Assembly: GCF_006345805.1 (NCBI RefSeq)
Contig: NC_043010.1
Coordinates: forward strand, 4,526,001-4,590,000
Direction of reading: 5' to 3'
Length of the DNA: 64,000 nucleotides
From: Octopus sinensis
Lineage: Eukaryota
Shown here: positions 52,112-64,000 of the stretch, in pieces
How the letters are laid out: each line of letters opens with the position of its first letter
How positions within the stretch are numbered: the first letter of the stretch is position 1
Translations under genes and position numbers: made by a program
The notes under the pieces: model-generated
Seen by the model: the letters and a program-made list of their open reading frames with translations, nothing else
Database searches by the model: none
What the model was told of the DNA's origin: nothing

Positions 52112-53378
52112 TCAGGCTGAGTAAAAAGTAAGCAACCTTTTGAAACATGAAATTCATCACAATATTTTATTCCTCAAAGTAAATACCATTACATTCAACA
52201 CATTTTTGCCAATGAGTTACAAGTTTATTTATTCTGGTAACATAAAAATCTGGTGTTTTGGAGCTTATGAACTCTTTGAATGCACTTTCAGCATTGGTTT
52301 GAATTTTGAACTCCTTCTCTCACAGGAAACCATCAAGGTGCTTCAAAAAGTGGTAGTCAGTAGGAGAAAGGTCTTGGGAATAAGCTGAGTGTGGGGAAGA
52401 ACTTTGTAGCCAAGTTCCCTCAACTTCTGGATTGTCATTAGTGGAATGTGTGGTTGAATGTTGCCACGAAGAATGATTGGCCCTCTTCTGTTGACCAGTC
52501 TGGGACAGAGGAGTTGCAGTTTGTCGTCCATTTTGGCAATTCCATGGTAATATGTTTCTGCAGTAATGGTTTTTCTGGGTTTTAAGAAGTTATAGTGGCT
52601 GAATCCAGCAGTACACCACCAAACAGTCACCATAACCTTCATTTTGAAGAACTCAGGTTTAGGGAAGGTTTCCGGTGCTTCATTTTGGTCCAGCCACTGC
52701 AAAGAAAGTTTTTCATTATTACACAGAATCCATTTTTCCTCACAACTTACGATACAGTCTAGAAACGGATCGGTCTGGTTACAGAGAAAAAGCGAGAAGC
52801 AAATTTCATATCTGCACATTTTCTGATTTTCAGTCAAATCCCATGGTTCCTATTTGTCAAGCTTTTTTGATTTTCTGATCGCATGCAAATGGTTGCAGGG
52901 AGTTTTCTGACTAACTTGAAGTTCTTTTGTCTGTTCTCGAGTGGTTTTAGGTGGATCTTTCTTAATAATGGTTTTTAATTGACCATCATTGATGACAGAT
53001 GGGCGTCCACTGCACTCACAATCTTCAAGGCTCAAGTTTCTACTGCAAAATTGTTTAAGCCATCTTCAAGCTGACCACTCGCTATCATTTTCTCACTAAA
53101 TGTTTTGTTGATATTGTGAACAGTTTCAGATGCATTAGGGCCTTTTCGAAGGTAAATGATAAAATTGATTGAACATCGTGCTTTGACAGTACCATTTCAG
53201 ATAATTGTAACAATGGTGAAAAAAATATCCTTGTTAATTTATTGATGCATTTGGGCAAGTCTATGTCTGTATTGTCAGACAACTGCAAAAGACATGTTTA
53301 AAACAATTCAAAACTCTGTAAAAATTTGGTACAAATTCTTTACAGCTCGAAGCGTCTCTTACTTTTTACTCAACCTGT
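52112..53378 (-). mobile_element. Full-length defective mariner transposon (~1.27 kb)
   Basis: TIR CAGG(C/T)TGAGTAAAAAGTAAG at both ends in TA context. Frameshifted transposase: SLED.E.SGRP, FLDCIVSCEEKW (normally TGDEKW), KVMVTVWW, IILRGNIQPH (normally HDNARPH). Catalytic aspartates lost. Confidence 0.92.
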
Positions 53379-53433
53379 TATATATGCATGCATGCTTATA
53401 TATGTACATATGTATGTGTGGGTGTGTAGGTAA

Positions 53434-53760
53434 AGGCATGGCTGTGTGGTAAAGGACCACGTTTTGCAACCATAGAGTTTTGGGTTCAGTTTTACTTCAT
53501 GACATTTTAGGCAAGTGTCTTCTACTATAGCCCTGGCCAACCAGTGTCTTGAACGTGAATTTGGTAGATGGAAACTGTGTGTATGTATGTATGAGTGTTT
53601 CTTTACAACTCTGTATCTTTGCAGTTTGGCAGAAGATACTGACAGAATAAAAATCAGACTTGAAAATGAAGTATTGGGGTTTATTTGTTTGACTAAACAC
53701 TTCAACTTGATGTTCTAGCATGGCCACAGTCCAATGACTGAAACAAATAAAAAATAAGAG
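53434..53760 (+). mobile_element. Old SINE family A
   Basis: Diverged head and TGACTGAAACAAATAAAA tail. Confidence 0.7.
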
Positions 53761-54530
53761 ATAAAAACACATAAGTATGCATGTATATATTTGCATAAGC
53801 ATCTTCGTATGAAACATAACATATCCTTTGTAATAACACAGGAACAAGAAATTTAGTATCTTGATAATTCTAAGACAGTCAACTGTTCAAATGGAGCCGC
53901 AATTTAGCATCTCATGTATTGTTCTTTTGTTTTCTTAAACTTAAGTCTGTCAGAAGCTTATTTTGGTACTAAATCAAAAGGAACCATTTTAAATAATTCC
54001 TCACTACTTAGCATAAATATCACTGCAGTGATCATCTGTAAGCTCACCCAGAAGGAATATGTAGGGTATGGTTATCATTTGTAAGATGTGTGCATGAATG
54101 ATATTAAAGCAAGTGTTGGTTATGAGTTCATAAAGAAGACAATCTCCCTATGTGAACAATAAGATGTTTGAATCCTCTTAGAGATAAACTGCATTGGTGG
54201 TATATTGGTTTCCTGTGTTTTGTGTGTGTGTTTGTGTGTACGTACAGTTGTGTGTATATATAACTAATTCTCTCACTCTTTTTCGCTCATTCTCATTCAC
54301 TCACTCTTTCTCTCTCTTTCTCTCTCTCTCTCGCTCTCTCTTTCTCTTTCCTTATATAACTATTCATTTTCATTTTCTGTGTTTATCTATCTGTATCTGT
54401 GAACATTTCGCAAACACATGCATGCACCCATGCACACACTCATACAGATACATGCATATGTTATATGCGCGTATATACATGTGTGTGTGTATATGTGTAT
54501 ATATGTGCATGTATATATATATATATATAT

Positions 54531-54594
<64 letters not shown>

Positions 54595-54758
54595 CATACA
54601 TATATATATATGTATATAAGTATACATGTGTACATGCATACATGCTTATATGCATACATTCACATATTTGATTATATACTTACAGTAATAGCATCACATC
54701 AAGGAATTCAGAACAACACCACAGCTCTATCAAAACCAAAAAGTGAGACAGAATGATA

Positions 54759-54790
<32 letters not shown>

Positions 54791-54935
54791 ACTGAAAAGA
54801 TTTGGAGTCAACAAGAAAAGAAAAAAAATTTCAGTTATCTATTTACACATGAAGCCCAAACACAGTATGTATAATACTACTACTGTATAGCACAGGGGGA
54901 AATCTGAAGGTGGACAAACCTTATACATACATACA

Positions 54936-55026
<91 letters not shown>

Positions 55027-55920
55027 TAGATATAGATATATACATATATATATATTTCAAGGTGGTGCTCCAGCATGCCCACAGTCTAATGACTGAAACA
55101 AGTAAAAGAATAAAAGAATATATATATATATATAAATTAATAAAAAAAATATATGCATACATACATATATGTACGTACCTACATCTACACGTATATATAC
55201 ATGCATATATAAGTATATATATGTGAGTACAGGACACCACAAATAGATGTAGAACTCAACGAGAAACGAAAACGTAAAAACAAACATGGAAACGGACTTT
55301 TTTTTAACAACGAAAAAACAGAGTACAAGACAAACAATACAAGGAAAATTCCCCTTCATCAGCTGTCCCTAGTTTGACTCCATATATATATATACATATA
55401 CATATATAGAGAGAGAGAGAAAGAGAGAGAGTTCTCAAGTTTTGGCTTTGCTTGAAGCATGGTATTGTTCTGACTTACTTGATGTGATGCTTTGTCTGTT
55501 ATTCATATGCCCTGTGAAATTCGATCAGTTGCATAATGGTAAAAGTGTATATATTTGGGGCTCCAACATAAAGTATTGTATTCATAATTGAACACTGATG
55601 AGGTGAAATGCACGATTCTATAACATCTCCACTTGCTGCATAATTATTTCAGCGTCTTGCTGAAATACGTGAATGTCCAATAAAGCTTTGAATACCACAC
55701 CAGTTTTTTGGGCTTATTTTACCCTTTTTCTCATATTTGGCTTGTTCTCCATGCTCTTACCTATCCCAAGTTTGGTACCCTACATATTCACTATACAGGA
55801 TACCAGAATTGGTGGCGCCCTTGACTGAGCCTGATTTAGTTACCTGTTGTGCACTTTACTGTGTTTCTGTTTTATATACATAAATACATACATACATATA
55901 TACATCAGTCTACTTAGCTA

Positions 55921-56370
<450 letters not shown>

Positions 56371-57209
56371 TATACTAACTTGTACTTTAATACTCAGACA
56401 CACACACACACATATAGTGCTTTTATTGTGTGAGTAAGTGTATGTGTGCAAATGTGTGTGCGTGCGTGTGTGTGTGTACGTGTGTGTGTGTGTGTTTATG
56501 AAAGTTTTATTCATCCCTGGACTCATCTTGACATTGCATCCAGCAGACGGATCATGAATCAACTGTTTACATCACATCTATGGCTTTACGTGATTTACTC
56601 GAAGAATTTTATGGTGGGTGTAAGTAAATGTTTGAGTACCTTGTGGGTTTTGTAGCTACATTGCTTTCTATTCTGAGTTCAAATCCCACTGGAGTTGAGG
56701 CTGTCCTCACATCACTCTGAAGTTGATGAAATAAACAGCCAATAATGGAGTCACTCAATGTAGAATGGATTTAATTTCTCTAAGTGAAGCCATTTCACTC
56801 TCCTAGCATAGGCATAGGCTTAGCTGTGTGATTAAGAAATTTGCTTTGTAACCATAAGGTTTGGGTTTCAATCCCACTGCAAAGCCACCTTTGATTCCTC
56901 TTTTACTCAGGTGGACTCTCAATAACATTCAATGTTTAAAGAATTTCTATTACATTTTCATAATTAAATGTTATTAGGTTATATGTTAAAATATTTGGCG
57001 TATTGTTGAAATATGAACAGTATATTGCACATAAGCTTTAACAACAAAATTTTATATGGGTCCCTGCATATGGGTTATATGGACCTCAATTGGGAACCAC
57101 TAATGATGATGATGATGACGATGATGGTGATGACTATGATGATAATGATTGTGGTAGTTGCAGTGGGTGGTGGTATTGATGATGAGCTTGATGGTAATAA
57201 TGATGACAA

Positions 57210-57441
57210 GGTGGCGAGCTGGCAGAAACGTTAGCACGTTGGGCGAAATGCTTAGTGGTATTTTGTCTGCCGTTACGTTGTGAGTTCAAATTCTGCCGAG
57301 ATCGACTTTGCCTCTCATCCTTTCAGGGTCGATTAAATAAGTACCAGTTACGCACTGGGGTCGATGTAATCGACTTAATACCTATGTCTGTCCTTGTTTG
57401 TCCCCTCTATGTTTAGCCCCTTGTGGGTAATAAAGAAATAG
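57210..57441 (+). mobile_element. SINE family B
   Basis: GGTGGCGAGCTGGCAGAAACG ... GGGTAATAAAGAAATAG, inserted in a GGTAATAATGATGACAA duplicated context. Confidence 0.88.
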
Positions 57442-57533
57442 GTAATAATGATGACAATGATGACGATGGTGACGATCACGAATGTGGTTAACAAAAGAAT
57501 CATAAACATTCTACGTCTTTCCTTACATGTATA

Positions 57534-57948
57534 GGCGCAGGAGTGGCTGTGTGGTAAGTAGCTTGCTTACCAGCCACATGGTTCCGGGTTCAGCCCCACT
57601 GCGTGGCACCTTGGGCAAGTGTCTTCTACTATAGCCTCGGGCTGACCAAAGTCATGTGAGTGGATTTGGTAGACGGAAACTGCAAGAAGCCCGTCGTATA
57701 TATGTATATGTATATGTATATATATATGTGTGTGTGTGTCTGTGTTTGTCTCCCTAACATCGCTGGACAAGCGATGGTGGTGTGTTTATGTCCCTGTAAC
57801 TTAGCGGTTTGGCAAAAGAGACCGATAGAATAAGTACCAGGCTTACAAAGAATAAGTCCTTGGGTCGAGTTGCTCGACTAAAAGGTGGTGCTCCAGCATG
57901 GCCGCAGTCAAATGACTGAAACAAGTAAAAGCGTAAATAAGTAAAAGA
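57534..57948 (+). mobile_element. SINE family A
   Basis: Full-length copy. Confidence 0.9.
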
Positions 57949-58325
57949 GATATATATTTCTAGAATATGAAAAAAAGGTGTTGGTAAAAATATGATAATT
58001 TGAAACAGATTTTGAGTTTCATAAAAGCCTTACATATTTATCACCACATTGTTTCTAAATTAGACTCAAGATCAAAAAATTGATTGGTGCCTAATTTATC
58101 CATCCTGGAGGAATAATATGCAAAGTTGATTGTGGCTGAATTTTAACACAGAATGTAATGAGCTGCAGCTAAATACTGCAAGGTACAAACCATTTTATCT
58201 CATGTTCTAATGATCTAATCAATCTATTGTCTCGATTCTCAAAATCATAAAATGAAAAATTATATAAATTGCATTGCACAGGATATATGGATAATTCAAC
58301 TGCATAATAGGTAAACCTAACAATT

Positions 58326-58560
58326 TCTTATTTCTTTATTGCCCACAAGGGGCTAAACATAGAGGGGACAAACAAGGACAGACAAAGGGATTAAGTCGAT
58401 TACATCGACCCCAGTGCGTAACTGGTACTTAATTTATCGACCCCGAAAGAATGAAAGGCAAAATCGGCCTCGGCGGAATTTGAACTCAGAACGTAGCAGC
58501 AGATGAAATACGGCTACGCATTTCGCCCGGCGTGCTAACGATTCTGCCAGTTCGCTGCCT
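58326..58560 (-). mobile_element. SINE family B with target-site duplication
   Basis: AAACCTAACAATTTCTT occurs on both sides (58313 and 58565). Confidence 0.9.
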
Positions 58561-58803
58561 TAACAAACCTAACAATTTCTTTTTTCTAGCTGAGGCTAGG
58601 TATTTTTGGATAAATTTAGACAAATGCTTGTTCTTATCTCTTCCACTGACAGAAAGAATGGGATTAACTTGACTTGATCTTGACCCGAGTTGGGTTCATT
58701 TTCAGAAGTCAAACACTTATGGTCAGAATAAGCAATTACATATCCTTTCAACTGTGAGTTCAAAAATGAGTTTCAAGGTCTCGAGATATTGATATTACAT
58801 TAA

Positions 58804-59042
58804 CCCTTTAGTTACCATATTTCTGTTGAGATGCTCTGTGTTTCTTTTAATTTATTTTAAATATAACAGAGAATTTAGTAAATTGACTTTAGTTATCATT
58901 AAACTAGTGTCAGGAGCATAAATTGTGACTCAGGTTTGGTGACTCAGGTTTGGTGACTCAGGTTTGGTTCCAGAAGTTTTGAAAACAAGACATTTGTACT
59001 ATAGAGCCTGAGGTGATTTCATGTGGGTTGGTATCAAAAGGG
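58804..59042. mobile_element. piggyBac-type MITE
   Basis: TTAA|CCCTTTAGTTACCA ... TGGTATCAAAAGGG|TTAG. Confidence 0.7.
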
Positions 59043-59899
59043 TTAGAGGCAATCTAGACAACACATCCGATCTAAATTGGATGTGCTAATTATTATTAGT
59101 ATTGTTAACATATGTGTAGAGGTGCATAGCATAGTGGTTAGAGTATTGGACTCATAATTGTAAGAATTTGGCATTGGTTTCTAGACCAGGTGATACATTG
59201 TGTTATTGAGCAAGACATTCACTTCATACCATTCCAGTCTACACAGCTGGTAAAAATTAGTAATCCCGCGATGGACCGGCATCCTATCCAGTGAGGAATA
59301 TATATTCCAGAGAAACCAGAAACTGTTCCCATGCTCCTTATGGGGTAATGTGGACTAGCCATTATTATAATGTGTGTGTGTGGGTGTGTGTTCCCATTAT
59401 TATAATGTGTGTGTTTGTATGTATATATGTATATATATGTACACACACACACACACACACATATCAATATTATCATCATTTTAATATTCACTTTTCCATT
59501 CTCACATAGGTTGAGCAAAAGTTATAAAGGAAGATTTTCTATCTCTAAATGCCTTTGTTCTCACTATCATTCTCCTGTTTCCAAGTAAGATAATATGTCC
59601 CCGTGGCTAGACATGTTTTCATTGGAAATTGGCAATGCCAGTTCATATGTTTTCAACATATAAGGAGATTATTGGAAAAACAAATTTTAATCTTGCATGA
59701 TGGTGGCACTTGCTTATAACCATTACATGATGTCAACACAAGATGACAGTAACACACACATATTTATATATGTATATGTGTGCATGCATGCATGTGTGTG
59801 TGTGTGTGTATGATGAGCTTCTTGCAGTTTCCATCAAACAAATCTCTTCACAAAGCCTTAGTTAAAGACACTTGCCGAGGATACAACACAGTTGGAATG

Positions 59900-60470
59900 A
59901 CTGAAACCATTGTGATTGTTAATCCAAAGCATTTAAAGAACTTATATAATTTTTTCTTTAGTAGTTCAAGAATCCTACTGGAGGTGTTTTTAAGGATAAA
60001 TAGCGCATCGTCTCTGTAAAGGCCTCCTCTAATCTCTGGGAATTCTACGTGTAAATGTGATAGTAGATATCCACCAAATCAGATACCTGTACTGAGTGCA
60101 GGTCCCCCATAGCGATTGTTTATTTTTACCCATAGTTTGTTATCGAATTTTATTGTGGATTTCCTAGCTTCTATGATTACCTTAATTACATTCATTACCA
60201 ATTTGTTATGTTTTTTTAGCAAAAATCAGAGTACTATTTCGAATCATAGGGTTGATTGATGAGTAGTAGTTCTCTATGGTTATTTGTTTTATTCTGTACA
60301 TTGCAGAACCAATTAAGGGTGTTGTGGTATTTGACCATAATTCTAGAGTGATTTTTTTAATAGTAGGAATATATTTATCTAAGATTAATTTACTTAGCTT
60401 ACATAGATCGGATTTATTAGGGCAGATTAGTCTAACTTTCATGTTTACGTTTACATAAAGATAAATTCTT
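59900..60470 (-). mobile_element. Penelope-like element reverse-transcriptase remnant
   Basis: Minus strand VRLICPNKSDLCKLSKLILDK, IENYYSSI (D...YPSI motif), MGDLHSVQVSDLV (MGS motif) and GGLYRDDAL (YxDD at ~60007-60018); frameshifted. Confidence 0.75.
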
Positions 60471-61109
60471 ATTCTCTAAATACTACTAATACCTACATTA
60501 CAGGTTACTAGCTGACCTGCCTAACATCTGATTACCTCCTCTAACCACCCCCCTTACTACAGAGCATGATTTAACGTCACATATCAATTAAATTAAACTA
60601 CCCTGATTAACTGAATTATCTATCTTAAATCTATTTTGTACACCTGGACATATAATTCTCTGTAATATATTCACTTTAAAGTTAGATTGCTGACTAACAT
60701 ACCAATTGCTAGGGTGGCCACTAACATAAACGTGATTAAATAAGCAATTTAGCCTATGCTACCTGACTGAATTGGTTTTTAATTATATTAATGTGTAGAT
60801 AGCCCTCACCACACATAACATGTTATTTATATTTTTATATTTTTATTATACCTTTTACGTAGCCCAAATTTATACATTATATCACACTAACTTTTTAAAA
60901 GTATCCTCAGTTTTTCACAAGGGCATTATTTGTAATCATAAGGACTTATCTAGCAGTCGCAAACAGCGTTATTTATTACAATTAACAACACCGGATATTA
61001 CTACCAAGTATAACTCCATTGACTATCACACTAGTCAACAACTCATTTCCCCCACTAATTGCTCCATTCATCTAATTGTAGAAACGTACACACACAAGGA
61101 ACCTAAAAG

Positions 61110-61665
61110 GGCACATCTGATGCTTCTTAGGTCCAACTTTTCTCTCAAGGTACTTACACTCTGTTGAGCAGTGCTTTTCAAACTTTTTGCTGGAGCGGAA
61201 CCCCAAGGAAAGATTCCACTGGCTCGAGGAACCCCTGGGCAATAATTTAATAGTCTTATGCACACATATCTGCACAGGAGAATTAAAAATTACTGCCAAT
61301 TTTAGCAGTTTTGTAACTTCTTGCGGAACCCCTGAACTGTGCTGGCAGAACCCTAAGGTTCCGCGGAACCCTGGTTGAAAACCACTGCTGTTGAGTATGC
61401 ACACTGACATTACACATCCATCGGAGCATACTGGCTTCATTCCTTGTGAGCTCACACATGCCCTCAGCAGTTATGGCCCATGTTTCCCTGCCATGTAGCA
61501 TGGCTGTTTGTACACATGCGTCATAGAGTCTACCTTTTACCCTGAGCGAGAGGCCCTTTGTTGCCAGAAGAGGTAAGATTTCTCTGAACTTTGCCCAGGC
61601 TATTCTTATTCTAGCAGCTACACTTTCAGCGCACCCTCCCCTGCTACTGACTTGGTCATCTAGAT
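61110..61665 (-). mobile_element. RTE-type LINE ORF2 fragment interrupted by a hAT MITE
   Basis: RIRIAWAKFREILPLL...KGRLYDACVQTAMLHGRETW...EASMLRWMCNVS, continuing after the MITE as QSVSTLREKLDLRSI. Confidence 0.85.
61169..61387. mobile_element. hAT-superfamily MITE
   Basis: TIR CAGTG.TTTTCAA, perfect 8-bp TSD CTGTTGAG (61161-68, 61388-95), subterminal GGAACCC repeats. Confidence 0.93.
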
Positions 61666-62012
61666 AATGATGCAGGCGTGGGCATGTGGTTTAAGAGTTT
61701 ACTTCATAAGTTTGAAGTTTCCAGTTCAGTTCTACTGTGTAGTACTTTAGGTATGTGCTTCTGCCATAGTACCCTAGACTGGTCAATGGTCAAAGCCTTG
61801 TGAGTAAGACTCATTGACAGAAATTGTGCAGGAGCCTATCATCATCACCACCGTCATCATCATCGTCGTCATCATCGTTGTCATCATCATCATCATCATC
61901 ATCATCGTCATCATCACCACTACCCCCATCGTCATCATTATCCTTATTTGATACACCATTACTTTCAAACACTCAAAACCAATTGCAATATGTTTGTCTT
62001 ATTAAAACAAAA

Positions 62013-62049
<37 letters not shown>

Positions 62050-62389
62050 GCTATTCAATTCTATTCTAAGAATTGTATTGCATTGTATTCTGCAATATTT
62101 AAAGCATAGAAAAATAAACCATCATTATTTTTTTTTCTTGCCCTAACAATGAAGAACTAGACTGTCGCAGGGAAATTATAGGATGTCTGTAAACTGTGCC
62201 TAATCAGTATAAATTAGCAATATTAGAATAATATTTTAAAATGTCATAACAAATCAATGAATGATTGTGGAAATATTAGAAAATAATTTGGTCGTTTCTT
62301 ATGAAAGTAAATATTCTTGTAAAATGATATGTTTTGCGAGAAGAATTAGAGTTGAACAATTCCCAAGATGCTCCAACCATTCTTTATGC

Positions 62390-63905
62390 TGCTGCTGCTG
62401 ATGATGATGATGATGTTGATGGTGTTTATAGTGGTGGTGGTGTTGGTTGCAGTGATGTTGGTTGTGGTGATATTGGTTGTATTAGTAGGGGGTCATGGTG
62501 GTGGTTGTGGTGGTCATTGTGCTCATAGAGGTAGTGACATAGAAAGCAGTAGTAGTGATGATGATGGTAGTAGTGGTATTGATAGTGATGGTGGTGGTGG
62601 TGGCGGTGGCGGTACAGATTGCGATAGTAGTAATGGTAGTGGTGGAGATCGCGATAATGCTGGTGATGGTGGTAGTGACGGTCATGGTGATAGTGGTAGT
62701 AGTAGTAGTAGTTGTGGTGGCGGTGGTGGTGGTGGTGATGGTGTTGGTGGTGTTGTTTTTGGTAGTAGTAGTAGTAGTGATGGTGATGGTGGCTTTGGTC
62801 ATAGCAGTGGTCCTGATGGAGATAGTGGTTGTGATACTCCTGGGGAAGAGAGGTGATATCGTGTGAGTAAGGATGAGGTATCGGGGATGGTATCAGGACA
62901 ATAATAGGGGGTAGAGATGGTATTGAGATAGCTGATATGGAGAGGAAGGGAGGGTAGATATTAGTTAGGGTTGTGGTGGTGGGGGGAGAAGAGGAATGGT
63001 ATAAATACTATCATAGTGGTGAGGAAGAGAGATGATACTAGCACAATGAGATAAGGGTAGGAGGAAGATAATGGTAATGGCACGGTGGTGGTGGTGGTGG
63101 TGGTGGAAAAGGAGAAAAGAAATGGTATTGGGATGGAGGATGTGTTAGTTAAGAGGGAGGAGATGGCATTGTGACAATATGTGTTGGTGGTAAAAGGCAT
63201 GAAGAATGGTTCTTGGTGAGGAGAGAGAAATGGTATTGAGATGATGGCAGTGTTGATGGGGAGAGGATAACCCGTATTGACAAAAAAGAGATGCTGGTGG
63301 TGGTGGTGGTAGTGGTAGTGGTGGTGGTGGTGGTGGTGGTGGTGGTGGTGGTGGTGGTGGTGATGGTGGTGGTGGTGGTGGTGGTGGTGGTGGTGGTGGT
63401 GGTGGTGGCGGTGGTGATAGTGCTGGTGGTGGTGATAGTGCTGGTGGTGGTGGTAGTGGGGGTGGTGGTGGTGGTGGTGGTGGTGGTGGTGGTTTTGGTG
63501 GTGGTGATGATGGTGGTGGTGGTGGTGGTAGTGGTGGTAGTGGTGGTGGTGGCGGTGGTGGTGGTGGTGGTAGTGGTGATGGTGGTGGTGGTGGTGATTG
63601 TGGTGGTAGTGGTGATAGTGGTGATAGTGGTGGTTTTGGTGGTGGTGGTGGTGGTGGTGGTAGTGGTAATGGTGGTGGTGAAAGGAGCTGGTATTGGGAG
63701 AATGGTTGTGGTGAACTTTATAGTTGTCAATACTAGTGGTCGAGATTGCAATGCTGCTTAAAGATAGAAGATTGTTTTACAGATGGTGATGGTGGATGTT
63801 GTGGTGGTGATGGTGATGGTGGATGTTGTGGTGGTGATGGTGATGGTGGATGTTGTGGTGGTGATGGATGCTGTTGTTGTGGTGGTGATGGTGATGGTGG
63901 TGGCA
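62390..63905. repeat. Long (GGT/GAT/AGT)-rich low-complexity region, including a 27-bp repeat at ~63782-63900
   Basis: Directly visible; source of the poly-V/T/G ORFs. Confidence 0.9.
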
Positions 63906-64000
63906 GTCGTCGTCGTCATATCAAATATTTGTGTTTATTGTGATGCAGAAAATGATGTTTTTATAGGAGATGTGATTTTTTAAGAGAAGTGCTCATTGCA

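Noticed and set aside
52343-53288. Active or domesticated SETMAR-like transposase
   Set aside because: Multiple frameshifts and loss of catalytic aspartates.
62368-63983. Gly/Ser/Asp-rich, mucin-like poly-Thr, or DGDGGCCGG-repeat protein
   Set aside because: Several frames are open only because (GGT)n-type repeats lack stops; no splice signals or unique domain.

Overview
AT-rich, microsatellite- and SINE-saturated animal DNA, most likely Octopus (inferred from the protocadherin type and the SINE families; not database-checked). I can support one protein-coding gene, a six-EC protocadherin on the minus strand. It has a probable non-coding exon 1 (~33060-32924) behind a palindromic double-CCAAT promoter. 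One 2433-nt exon (29900-27468) encodes signal peptide, EC1-6, TM and proximal tail. A cytoplasmic exon (25453-25309, motif DSGHG..GHYEELP) is missed by the ORF track. The rest is transposon debris: several tRNA-derived SINE families, two dead mariners, Helitron helicase fragments, RTE/CR1 LINE pieces, pogo-, hAT- and piggyBac-type MITEs, and a Penelope-like RT remnant. The most unusual signal is a set of type-I hammerhead ribozyme motifs. These include a ~2-kb non-coding element (10887-12895) with ~240-bp inverted ends, each carrying an intact outward-facing hammerhead core with AATAAA inside loop II. Nearly all short ORFs in the track are microsatellite or SINE artefacts. Repeat coordinates were read by eye and may be off by a few bases.
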